This document shows, piece after piece, positions 30,703 through 39,914 of a DNA stretch of 64,000 nt; within the stretch, counting starts at the first letter, position 1, and each line of letters opens with the position of its first letter. The DNA comes from Bacteriovoracia bacterium (GTDB taxonomy: Bacteria > Bdellovibrionota > UBA1018 > JBFWNL01): positions 64,001-128,000 of the forward strand of contig JBFWNL010000009.1 in the NCBI GenBank assembly GCA_050251055.1. Direction: 5' to 3'. The translations under genes were made by a program, and so were the position numbers. The notes under the pieces were generated by a model, which was given only the letters and a program-made list of their open reading frames with translations, did no database searches and was not told the origin of the DNA.

Positions 30703-30716
30703 AAGGAAAAATAAAA

Positions 30717-31301
30717 ATGAACCCACTGAAAGCTCTCTCCTCATCTTTATGTTTGGCCGCGGTTTTGACGTTTTCGAGCGCCGCTTACGCGCATGACGAA
30801 CACAAGGCCGGCACCATTACCGGCGCTGGCATCCAGCTTTTTGAACGCGACCACGGCTTCGCCGGCCACGTCCTGGATCGCCCCGTCTTCGGCGCGTTCG
30901 AGCACGAACCCTTCGGCGCGAAGGTGCAAATCCGCAAAGGCGAGAAAATCATCGCCCTGGAACTCGTCTCCAACGACAGCCAATATGCGGGCGTTTTGAG
31001 CGAAGTCCGGGAAGACGAAAAGACCGGCGGCAAGCTCACCGTGGAAACCAAGGTTGAGTTCGTCAAGGTAAAGAAAACCGGCGAAGCCGAGGGCATGATC
31101 ACGCTGAAGCTCGACGGCGCCGAAGTCACCGTGCAAGTCACTGGTAAAACCTTCGCCAATGGCCACTTCCAAGCCCCGAGCTTCAAGACCACGCTGAACG
31201 GCAAGGAAGTCTCCTTCGCTTTCACCGGCGAAGCGTGCTTCGGCTACTCATCGAACCTCTCCATGATGATCCTGGGCGCCTACGCCCACCTGCAGAAGTA
31301 A
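30717..31301 (+). CDS. Secreted hypothetical protein with a His-rich N-terminus
   Basis: Signal peptide ending AYA, then HDEH; co-oriented with the upstream gene. Confidence 0.65.
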   Translation: MNPLKALSSSLCLAAVLTFSSAAYAHDEHKAGTITGAGIQLFERDHGFAGHVLDRPVFGAFEHEPFGAKVQIRKGEKIIALELVSNDSQYAGVLSEVREDEKTGGKLTVETKVEFVKVKKTGEAEGMITLKLDGAEVTVQVTGKTFANGHFQAPSFKTTLNGKEVSFAFTGEACFGYSSNLSMMILGAYAHLQK

Positions 31302-31321
31302 TTTAGGTCCATATAAAACGG

Positions 31322-31357
31322 CGAAGGCCGCGACTGAGAACTCAGTCGCGGCCTTCG
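31322..31357. terminator. Strong hairpin between convergent genes
   Basis: CGAAGGCCGCGACTGAG-AA-CTCAGTCGCGGCCTTCG, perfect 17-bp inverted repeat. Confidence 0.7.
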
Positions 31358-31398
31358 TGCTTCTAACCCCACCTTATACTAGGTAAATCTGCTTAATC

Positions 31399-31668
31399 TT
31401 ATTGCTTCAAATCGGAGAGCTCCTGGCTCTTATAGAGAAGTTGTTGGGCCTCTACGAATTTGCCGGCCATCACGGCCTCGACGGCTTCCTGAGAGTAGCC
31501 TTGCTCCATTAGGAAGGCGGCCATGTTCTGGACGGCTTCGGCTTCCGCTTCGCTGCCATCTAAAATCATTCCACGGGGGCCGCCACCATGCCCGGTTCCT
31601 TCCGCACCAAACGCAGACACGGAAAGCATCAAGAAACCCAGGGCTAAAAATGAGGACACGTACTTCAT
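31399..31668 (-). CDS. Small secreted protein (89 aa)
   Basis: GCAGGA RBS; MKY plus hydrophobic signal peptide; mature part starts AEGTGHGGGP. Confidence 0.65.
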   Translation of the reverse strand: MKYVSSFLALGFLMLSVSAFGAEGTGHGGGPRGMILDGSEAEAEAVQNMAAFLMEQGYSQEAVEAVMAGKFVEAQQLLYKSQELSDLKQ

Positions 31669-31797
31669 TCAATCCTGCCTTGTTTGAGTTTCTTAAATTT
31701 TAACGAGTATTTGACTATTTTTATATGTTAATAAATCATGACCTTTCAAAAAAAAATCATTTAATTTCAATTAGTTAAAAACAGAGAATGTTAATAG

Positions 31798-34700
31798 TTA
31801 AATATTATGAACGATTTTATAGTGAGTATTGCGACCTCGGCCAATCGGCGCGATCAGCCTCATTGAAACTAATGAACGCAACTCACGCTTGCATAGCGTC
31901 GGGCTGACTTTGAGTGCCTGTTCGATGGTGGCCCGGTGAATCCGTCCGTTGTTTTCCAAATACTTGATGATCCAATCCTGCCGCTCCGTCAGCACGCTGG
32001 GACCGTCGGCAAAATTCGTAGCGATGCCATACCTCACGTCGGCATTGACCGAGTATTTATGCCCATGACTTTCCACAACGGAGTAACCGGAGATCGACTT
32101 CATCAGCGAACGAACGCGTTTTACTGATGTGTAAATACGGGCATCGTGTACGAGTGGGTTGTACTTTTCGTGCCAAACATGAAGAGCAAGCTCTTCCTTT
32201 GAAAAAGCCTCCTGCGGATGCCGCAATAAAAACTGAAGCAAATTATAAATAATCGGCTTTGCTCCCAGCGGGACCGTTTTATCTCCCGAAGACGCGGTTC
32301 TATCTTCTTCTCTAAGCAATAACTCGTATTCTCGACTCTTAACCTTTTGATCCAGTTCACTACGGTTATAAATAAAGTTCTTGCCTCGAGAGTAGACTTG
32401 AACCTTTTCCGGATTCTTCAATCCCAGCAGGGCATAAAGTGCGTCATAGTATTTCTGATCCTGCTCAGTGGGCTCGATTCCGAATGTGACAAATTCCGGA
32501 AAATAAACCCTCGACACTTTTCGGACGAGGTAACTCAGCTTGCTTCCGTCAGGAATTTTCGCGAGCCAGGCTTTTGCCTGGGTATTTGATTGCCGGCGCA
32601 AAGCCACGGCCGCCAAACCGATCCAGTAAAGGTTTAGATCCTCCACAAAGAAGACCCTTTCCATGAGAGCGCGATTCGACAGCAGCCGTCGCTCTGCGGC
32701 GTCGACCCTGCCCAAAGCCAAGTCGATTAACGCCAAAAAACAAGTCGATCGAATCTGCCAGACGAAGTAGGATCGCCGCGACGCATTCTCGTTACAATGG
32801 ATCAAGCTAGCTTCCGCTTGTTTTAACTGTCCTCCTAGAATTTCCCATACGCCACGAAAGAACCGATACTGAATAGAAATGTAGCCCGCTTGAGACACCC
32901 CGGGCCACGCCGGCAACTGCTTTAGCAGTTCCCCAATTTTAGGGCGCATCGAGAATCGGTAATACGCCTCCAAAGCCATCAAACCCACGGTCGGCCGTTC
33001 AAAAAGGCTTAACTGGTCTAAAACTTCGGGGGCTACGGCCTTATCGAGGAGCTTAAAATCCCCTAAAAACAAAGCCTCGGCGATATTGATAAGGGCTACC
33101 GAAAAAGCCCGTCTAGAGGGAGAGTTCTGAATTTCGGATACCAAGAGCCTCTTACGGGCTAGCTCCAAAGCCAAACCGTAGTCTGACATGCGAAAGTAAC
33201 AACTAATTACGTTCTGCATGGAAAGGTCTTCAGGGGTTGTAATCATCGGATACTGAATGCCTTCCACCTGGTGAGAGACCTGGTCCTTCGCCTCCGTCAA
33301 AAGCCCTTGATTGAAATAGTCGTTGCTTCGGTAAATACGGCAATAAGCCAAGAATCCTCTATACGAATGCCTTTGGCACTCCGTCTCCGCCGCCTGCACC
33401 TCCTTGCGAAATTCATCTAGATTTCCGACGAAAAACAATGCGTTCACGAGGTTCAGCCTGGCCTTCACCACGTCATAGTGCTTCCCTGCGAGCGAATAGT
33501 TCGCCAAGGATTCCTGGAAGTCGCTTACACTCTCGAAGGTTCGCCCGGCACGAAACTTTGAATACCCTTCCCCGAAAAGAATATCGGCATTCAGCAAAGC
33601 CCGCTCGGGGTCATTGCCGGGAATCAGCCTCCTGGCCTCATTAAAACAATCCAGCGCTTTTTCTGCGTCAAAAACTGAATAAACCAATCCTCGCTCAGTA
33701 AATACTCGAGCGAGATACATCCCCCCATCCCCAAGGCCGGCGGCTCCTTCCTCAAGGTCAGATAATACTTTGAGCGAAGAATCTGAGTCCCCACGCCGAT
33801 CAAGACTCCTCGCCAAAAATAAGTCCAACTCAAATCTAGAAGCATCCTCCCAGTTTACGATTCTACCTTTCAAATCCGAACACTCTTCCACGATCTCGGC
33901 ATAAGCTCCCGCCGCGTACATCAACCTCAACCGAATCAACGCACTCTCCGGCGCCAAATGCCCCCGCAGCGCCGCGCTTAACTCCAAGCAAACCACCGAT
34001 TCGCCTTGCGCCACCATCGTCGGCGCGATTTTCGAGAAAAGCGCCGCGGCTTCCGGAATTTTTCCGAGCTTGATCATTTGCCAAAGCTTCTCTTTTAATC
34101 CAGCCTCGCCACCGCCCACATCGGACAGGATCTCCTCGCGCAACGTTTTTTCTTGTCCGCCTTCGATCCGGCGCAACGTCCACGCCAAAAAATCCGGCGC
34201 GATCTCCAGGCGCCCCCCTGCTTTACGAACTAAGTCATGTGCATTCAGGGATCGAAATACATCGGAAGTAAGCAGGGCCGCGAGACTCGAGGCGAATTCC
34301 TGCTCAAAACGCACGAGACCGATCCGACGCACGTCTTGCCAGGCTCCGCGATCCCAACGCGCGGTAATCTTCTCGAACGCGCGCTCGCGCACATTTACAA
34401 GCACGTCATTCAACTCACCCACGGTCAGCACCTTCCCTTCGAGGGAAGAGGCCGCAAGCGCCATTTTGATTTGTTGCGGATTGCCCTGCGTCTGGGTGAG
34501 TAACGCCCCCGCGAGCACGCGGGCGTCGGCGCCGAGCGCGCCCTGGCTCGCGTTCACGAGCTGCTCGATCTGCGCTACGTTCAATCCCAAGTGCCGGTAA
34601 GTGAAAAGGTCGAATAGCACGTTGAGCTCGAGATTGGGCACCGACTTCGCGGTGGCGATTAATCGCGCGGAACGCAGTCGCGAATGCAAGAACTCAACGA

Positions 34701-35052
34701 ACACTTCCCAGTCGCGCACCTGATCGATGTCATCAATAAAGACCACGGCCCGGTTACGCTCAAGGTGCTCAATGACGGCGTCTTGCAACCGCGTGAGCTC
34801 CGTCAGCTTCTGCCACCCCCGCAGAGACACCGCCTCTGCCAAGCGGCGAAACATGGCGGCGGGTTCGGGCTGATCGGAAACCGAGAGCTGAACACGCGGA
34901 CCGGCTCCGAGCGACGCCGAACCCGGAGCCTCCAAAATCTGCCTCAGTAAGACGGACTTACCCGAGCCACTAGGCCCATAAAGAAGGGCGATTCGACGGC
35001 TTTCCCAGCCTCGATTTATGGTTTCGATGACTTCGGTGAGTACTATCTGCAT
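31798..35052 (-). CDS. STAND-type ATPase / TPR / winged-helix transcriptional regulator
   Basis: Walker A GPSGSGKS, Walker B VVFIDD, GNP motif, helical repeats, wHTH (FSKEEL..VW..Y.P..HD.RI), second C-terminal HTH (G.GRNTHY). Confidence 0.75.
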   Translation of the reverse strand: MQIVLTEVIETINRGWESRRIALLYGPSGSGKSVLLRQILEAPGSASLGAGPRVQLSVSDQPEPAAMFRRLAEAVSLRGWQKLTELTRLQDAVIEHLERNRAVVFIDDIDQVRDWEVFVEFLHSRLRSARLIATAKSVPNLELNVLFDLFTYRHLGLNVAQIEQLVNASQGALGADARVLAGALLTQTQGNPQQIKMALAASSLEGKVLTVGELNDVLVNVRERAFEKITARWDRGAWQDVRRIGLVRFEQEFASSLAALLTSDVFRSLNAHDLVRKAGGRLEIAPDFLAWTLRRIEGGQEKTLREEILSDVGGGEAGLKEKLWQMIKLGKIPEAAALFSKIAPTMVAQGESVVCLELSAALRGHLAPESALIRLRLMYAAGAYAEIVEECSDLKGRIVNWEDASRFELDLFLARSLDRRGDSDSSLKVLSDLEEGAAGLGDGGMYLARVFTERGLVYSVFDAEKALDCFNEARRLIPGNDPERALLNADILFGEGYSKFRAGRTFESVSDFQESLANYSLAGKHYDVVKARLNLVNALFFVGNLDEFRKEVQAAETECQRHSYRGFLAYCRIYRSNDYFNQGLLTEAKDQVSHQVEGIQYPMITTPEDLSMQNVISCYFRMSDYGLALELARKRLLVSEIQNSPSRRAFSVALINIAEALFLGDFKLLDKAVAPEVLDQLSLFERPTVGLMALEAYYRFSMRPKIGELLKQLPAWPGVSQAGYISIQYRFFRGVWEILGGQLKQAEASLIHCNENASRRSYFVWQIRSTCFLALIDLALGRVDAAERRLLSNRALMERVFFVEDLNLYWIGLAAVALRRQSNTQAKAWLAKIPDGSKLSYLVRKVSRVYFPEFVTFGIEPTEQDQKYYDALYALLGLKNPEKVQVYSRGKNFIYNRSELDQKVKSREYELLLREEDRTASSGDKTVPLGAKPIIYNLLQFLLRHPQEAFSKEELALHVWHEKYNPLVHDARIYTSVKRVRSLMKSISGYSVVESHGHKYSVNADVRYGIATNFADGPSVLTERQDWIIKYLENNGRIHRATIEQALKVSPTLCKRELRSLVSMRLIAPIGRGRNTHYKIVHNI

Positions 35053-35197
35053 TTTAAATGGTTCTAATCGGACACATTTATAAAAACTCTATTTTATATC
35101 TATTTGTAATTACTAAATAAATAATAGCACAGCACAGCATTAAAAATCAAAAAATATAAAATAATTAATAATATTATATATTTATAAATTATATCAT

Positions 35198-35226
35198 TGT
35201 CATTTCAAGTCAGTTCAAAAATGACA
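35198..35226. promoter_or_regulatory. Candidate operator in an AT-rich divergent promoter region
   Basis: TGTCATTT-N13-AAATGACA inverted repeat within the very AT-rich 35053-35270 spacer. Confidence 0.4.
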
Positions 35227-35280
35227 CACCCCAGCGTATTTACTCCTTGCAGCGAATGACGCTGTTTTTTGGAGGTTCAA

Positions 35281-35952
35281 ATGCAAGTGGTCGATATCAA
35301 GCAATCCGAAGCCCTCACCCTGCCCCGCCGGGCCGAAAAGACCGGAGTACGATTCGAGCAGGTGCAAGATCCCGAACGCCGTGACCAGTGCTATCGCCTA
35401 CGTTACGACGTTTTCGTGGAAGAGCAGGGACTCACCACCAGCGCCAACTCAACCTTTCGGATCCTGGCCGACGAGCTAGATGAAAGCGCGGTCTTACTGG
35501 GCGCTTTCGATGGCGACGAAGCGGTGGCCACGAGCCGTATCAACTATACTGACCACGAACGCTCGCCTTACCGTGCCCTGTACGACTTGGACGAGCAGGA
35601 GGCCGCGCTCCCGGGACGCGTTTCGGTGATCTCGAAGTTAGTGATTGCCACTAGCCACCGCCATAGCTCCGTGTTCCTCCGCTTCTGCCGCTACATGTAT
35701 CGGCAACAGCTGGAACGAAATATCGCCCACTGCTTCGTGGGCTGCGCTCCCGCGCTCGCAGGCCTCTACGCAAAGCTGGGCTTCCGTCCTTACAAAGCCG
35801 CCATCGACGTCGAAGGCTTCGGACCCATCCAGCCCATGCTCCTCGACGTTTTCAACGAGGCGTACCTGAATGAAATTCGCTCTCCCCTGCTCCCCATCTT
35901 GAAAGTTCTCAAAAACACCGGTTCGGTAACGAAAGGAAATGAAAATGAGTAA
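35281..35952 (+). CDS. GNAT-fold N-acyl amino acid synthase-like protein (FeeM/NasP/LuxI-related)
   Basis: GGAGG RBS; YRLRYDVFVEE, DELD, ATSRI, ISKLVI, LYAKLGF. Confidence 0.72.
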   Translation: MQVVDIKQSEALTLPRRAEKTGVRFEQVQDPERRDQCYRLRYDVFVEEQGLTTSANSTFRILADELDESAVLLGAFDGDEAVATSRINYTDHERSPYRALYDLDEQEAALPGRVSVISKLVIATSHRHSSVFLRFCRYMYRQQLERNIAHCFVGCAPALAGLYAKLGFRPYKAAIDVEGFGPIQPMLLDVFNEAYLNEIRSPLLPILKVLKNTGSVTKGNENE

Positions 35953-36694
35953 GCTAGAAATCATCAAGTCGGAATGGCAGAAGGCCATGCAAGAAATGTC
36001 CGCGAGCCCAGGCTTCCGGAAACTATTGAATGGCGAAATGACAATCGAGCATTATCAGGCAATCCTGCGCCAGATCTTCCATCAGGTACGCGAACACCCC
36101 CAAGCGCTCGCTCTCATGACGGTAAACTTGCGGGGCCGCCAACGCCAGATGGTAAAAGGTTTGCTTCGGCATTCGCTTTCGGAAGTGGGACATGACCAGC
36201 TCGCGCTCAATGACTTGAAGGCGATGGGCGTCGACACCTTCCGCATCCCCTTCGAGCGGCCGCTACCGTCAACTTCGGCGATCTTGGGCTTTATGTACTA
36301 CCTGCTCGAGCATCAAAACCCGCTAAGCTTCCTAGGTTACCTTTTTCACCTGGAATTCATGCCCACTTCGGCGGGCGAACTCTACGCCCAGGCACTCGCA
36401 CGCGCGGGCGTAAAGCCAAATCAAATGACGTTCCTGAACGACCATGCCGAGGTAGACGTGCATCACAATAAGCTCATGGCCCAGTACGTGGATGAGTTGG
36501 TACTCACCGAAGACGACTTAGAATCGGTGATCTACGCCGCGAAAGCCACCGCCCAGCTGTATGGCCGCATGATCACCGAAGCCATGGAGTCGGTGGACCA
36601 AGCCACTAGTTATGGACTTTCTCGGGCCGAGCTCGTCGGGCACCCCGTGAGCCACCCCGTAACTCAGCCGGTCGCCGCCGTCGGCACGGCTTAG
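35945..36694 (+). CDS. Heme-oxygenase-like diiron (iron-containing redox) enzyme
   Basis: ExxH (EVGH...NDL), LE, HxxxDxxH (HAEVDVHH); overlaps the GNAT stop. Confidence 0.8.
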   Translation: MSKLEIIKSEWQKAMQEMSASPGFRKLLNGEMTIEHYQAILRQIFHQVREHPQALALMTVNLRGRQRQMVKGLLRHSLSEVGHDQLALNDLKAMGVDTFRIPFERPLPSTSAILGFMYYLLEHQNPLSFLGYLFHLEFMPTSAGELYAQALARAGVKPNQMTFLNDHAEVDVHHNKLMAQYVDELVLTEDDLESVIYAAKATAQLYGRMITEAMESVDQATSYGLSRAELVGHPVSHPVTQPVAAVGTA

Positions 36695-38427
36695 GCCGCG
36701 CGTTTGCGACGAGACCGCACCATCAGCGGCAATGAAGACACGCGCTTGGACCAGATCAGCTCGTTGAGATTGCCCGCCACCCGATCGTCCGGGCAAATGG
36801 CCAGCGCTTCCTCGAAATGACGGGCGGCCTGCTTGGGCCGCCCCGCCTCGAGAGCGGCAATGCCCGCCTCGAAAACCCGACGGGAACGGCTTAGGCGCTC
36901 CTGCAGGAACGGCCCTTCGGCCGCGTAAGCGTGATAAAACGATACGGGCTCGGACTTCCCCTTGAGCACGGCATGGCCGAGCCACCGGATGTTGGCGCGC
37001 GACTCTTCGCCTAGTTCCCGATAGGTCTCCTCACTGAGCAAGATCGTCGCGCCCATCTGCTTGGTCAGGCCCTCGAGCCGAGAGGCGGTATTCACGCAGT
37101 CGGAGATAACGGTGCCTCGCATCTGCTGCACGTTCCCGATCGTGCCCAGGATCACCCTCCCGGTGTTCAGGCCCAGGCCGATGCGAATCGTTTCGTATCC
37201 CGATTGGGCTCGGTGCTGATTGTAGACATCGAGCTGCTGGGACATCTCGACGGCGGCTCGCATGGCATCCTGCGCGGAACCAGGGAAGATCGCGATGATG
37301 CCGTCGCCGATGAAGTTGTCGATGAATCCGCCGTGCTTGCGAATGATCGGGGAAACCCGGCCCAAGTAGGAGTTTAGGAAATTGAATGTTTCCTGGGGGC
37401 TCAATCCTTCCGAAATTCGCGTAAAATCCCGCACGTCGGAAAAAAGCACGGTCATGCGCCGTTCGATGAAATCACCCAGCTGGATGTCCAAGATGCTCTG
37501 CTTGTTGAGCAGCTTCAATAGCTCCCAGGGTACGAAGCGGCTGTAAGAATCGGCGAGCTTGACGGACTTTTCCTTGGCCGCGAACACCTCGTGATACCGA
37601 CGATCCATGCGCGAAAGCGCGTCCAGGCTTTGCTTCACGCTGCGCTTAAGACGCAGATGCCGCGCCCAGAAATTCATCGATATGCCCGCGAACGCGAACA
37701 CTCCGGCGCTTAGCACCGAGAGCAGCCAAGAACCCGACTGGCGGTAAGCGAACCACGCCGCCAAGCCCGCCAGCGGCGGCACCAGTAAAAACGAGGCCGT
37801 TTGCCAATAGGGCGCGTGCGACTCGAACTGGATACGCATGCGGTAGCTAGCTCCGCGGGTTTCATCCTCCGTTAGGTCCGAATCGATTCGCGCGGGGGCC
37901 AAATTCTGGATCGTGGGCAGCGCCGTGTAGTAGCCAATGGTGTTTTCCAGCGCATATTGAAGCGCGCGCTTCGCGGTCTCACGATCAATCGATCCCGCCA
38001 TCTGCGGATTCACCTGGAAGCGCAGTTCGATGTGATTGCGGCCGAAGCTCAGCACGGAAACCTCGGTCACTTTGCTGAACATAGCGGTGAAAACCGGGAT
38101 CTGCTTATAAATACTCTTCAGCGGGATGACGTACTTCACGAGGAGATACAGTGAGCGCCCCACTAACTCTTCGGAGATCGAAACTTCTCCCGCGCGGTAG
38201 GTAAAATCGCGCAGCTTCGTTTCCTGAATACAAAGCTCGGTGAAACGTACGGCGAAACCCGCCGACACCCAGTTCTCGCCGTTCTCGATGTACTCCAAAG
38301 GAAGTCCGGCGCGGCGGCAGAGCGCTGCCAGATCGATCTCGGGACAATTACGCTGGAGGTAATAGAGGTACCCCCGAAAGATCTTCGTGCTGTAGTGCTG
38401 CTGGGTAAGGTCCAGCTCGGATTCCAT
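36691..38427 (-). CDS. Membrane-anchored class III nucleotidyl cyclase with an N-terminal sensor domain
   Basis: VLFSDVRDFT, FIGDG, GLGLNTG, VNTASRLE; two TM helices; C-terminal TPR-like helix pair. Confidence 0.88.
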   Translation of the reverse strand: MESELDLTQQHYSTKIFRGYLYYLQRNCPEIDLAALCRRAGLPLEYIENGENWVSAGFAVRFTELCIQETKLRDFTYRAGEVSISEELVGRSLYLLVKYVIPLKSIYKQIPVFTAMFSKVTEVSVLSFGRNHIELRFQVNPQMAGSIDRETAKRALQYALENTIGYYTALPTIQNLAPARIDSDLTEDETRGASYRMRIQFESHAPYWQTASFLLVPPLAGLAAWFAYRQSGSWLLSVLSAGVFAFAGISMNFWARHLRLKRSVKQSLDALSRMDRRYHEVFAAKEKSVKLADSYSRFVPWELLKLLNKQSILDIQLGDFIERRMTVLFSDVRDFTRISEGLSPQETFNFLNSYLGRVSPIIRKHGGFIDNFIGDGIIAIFPGSAQDAMRAAVEMSQQLDVYNQHRAQSGYETIRIGLGLNTGRVILGTIGNVQQMRGTVISDCVNTASRLEGLTKQMGATILLSEETYRELGEESRANIRWLGHAVLKGKSEPVSFYHAYAAEGPFLQERLSRSRRVFEAGIAALEAGRPKQAARHFEEALAICPDDRVAGNLNELIWSKRVSSLPLMVRSRRKRAA

Positions 38428-38516
38428 CGCTTATCTGATCGGATTAAACCCGCGCGGGATCAACCTATCAAATTTTTGACGTTGTCCTGGCGCCAAATCC
38501 TCAGAGCACATAAACT

Positions 38517-39173
38517 ATGCGCATGGGACTTCCCGCTACCCGCCTCCCGCCAGTCGTGGCCGCCATAATGGCCTTGATCTTGACGCCCCTGGCGAACGCC
38601 CACCCCGTTGCTTATCCAGGCGCTATCGGCGTCATGACCTGGAATCAATCCTATCTCGCCGATCATTGGCTTACCTATAGCTTCAGCCACCGGTTCGCCG
38701 TAGCTGCACGCTACATGCGCATGACCATGCGAGATGGAGAATTCCGCGGCTACCTCGCCCAGGCAGATTGGCTTTTACAGCGCTGGAACGGCGAGAATCT
38801 ACAGGCCAATGTCTATCTCTTCGCCGGCGGCGGAGGAATGCACTTCGACGGTCGAAATGGAGCCTGGGGCCTGACCGGCTTGGAGATAGACGCCGAAAGC
38901 CGCAGCCTCTTTGGCTTGGCGAAATATGAAGGAGGATTTCCTTCGCATGGGCAGCAGTTTCACCATGGCGAATTTTGCGTTGGAGTCGCCCCGTACGAGG
39001 CTGAATTCGACGAACTCGCCGCGTGGTTCATGCTTCACTTTCAGTACCACCCGCTGCTCGTCCGCAACTATGCCCTCACCCCGATGGCGCGTTTCTATTA
39101 CAAGAATGTGCTTTGGGAGACGGGAGTAAGTTTCGATGGGGATTGGATGCTAAACCTCATGTTTCATTTTTAG
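38517..39173 (+). CDS. Putative outer-membrane beta-barrel protein
   Basis: Signal peptide ending ANA, then HP; alternating aromatic strands; C-terminal Phe. Confidence 0.6.
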   Translation: MRMGLPATRLPPVVAAIMALILTPLANAHPVAYPGAIGVMTWNQSYLADHWLTYSFSHRFAVAARYMRMTMRDGEFRGYLAQADWLLQRWNGENLQANVYLFAGGGGMHFDGRNGAWGLTGLEIDAESRSLFGLAKYEGGFPSHGQQFHHGEFCVGVAPYEAEFDELAAWFMLHFQYHPLLVRNYALTPMARFYYKNVLWETGVSFDGDWMLNLMFHF

Positions 39174-39268
39174 CCGTCATAAGTATTTGATATTACTTAA
39201 TTTAAAAAAGAACCCACCTTAACCATTTACCACGCAAAGCATCATACAATAAAGGGAACGGGGGCTTT

Positions 39269-39907
39269 CTGAACTATCTGCGTTTCCTTTCCATCGCATT
39301 TTTAGTGGTCCAAGGCGCGTGCGCGCGGGGATCGCAAAGCATCGAAGCTTCGGGGGGAGGTTCTTCCTCGGGCAACCCGATTACCCCGGTGCAGATTCGT
39401 TTGAATCGCCTGCCCACGGTCAACGTTTCTACCGTCGTCGGCATTTCTGAAATCTACTTCATTAAACCCAATGGCGACGCCGTGCTCGCTTATCAAGCGA
39501 CCGAGTTCTCGGGGCTGTTGGCCTGGAACGAGGAATTCAATCCGCTGCCGCTCGCGGCGGCGCCCGCCGGCAGTTATATCGGCCTCCACATCGTGAACCA
39601 CGCAACCACGATCGTGAACCAGCACGGCGAAAACTTCACCACGGAAGATCCTTACACAATCCGGTTTGACGGGGTGTTTGAAGTACCGAACGCCCAAGAG
39701 GCCCGCATGGGACCGCTCGAGATATCCAACTCGTCGTTTTTCACGCGCGCCAGCCGCATGCGTGACGTGAACGCCTTTGGCTACGTGTATTCCGCGATCG
39801 GAAAAATTCAAGCCCACCCCCTGGAAGGGAAAGACGGCGTGACCGAAGCGGTGAACGTGGTGGAGATCGTTCCGCTTCAGCCCCTGACCCCACCCGGCGG
39901 CCCCTAA
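39269..39907 (+). CDS. Putative lipoprotein with a GSSSGNP motif
   Basis: Frame is open upstream of GTG 39305; a CTG start at 39269 gives the signal peptide NYLRFLSIAFLVVQGA-C. Confidence 0.55.
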   Translation: MNYLRFLSIAFLVVQGACARGSQSIEASGGGSSSGNPITPVQIRLNRLPTVNVSTVVGISEIYFIKPNGDAVLAYQATEFSGLLAWNEEFNPLPLAAAPAGSYIGLHIVNHATTIVNQHGENFTTEDPYTIRFDGVFEVPNAQEARMGPLEISNSSFFTRASRMRDVNAFGYVYSAIGKIQAHPLEGKDGVTEAVNVVEIVPLQPLTPPGGP

Positions 39908-39914
39908 GCCAAAA

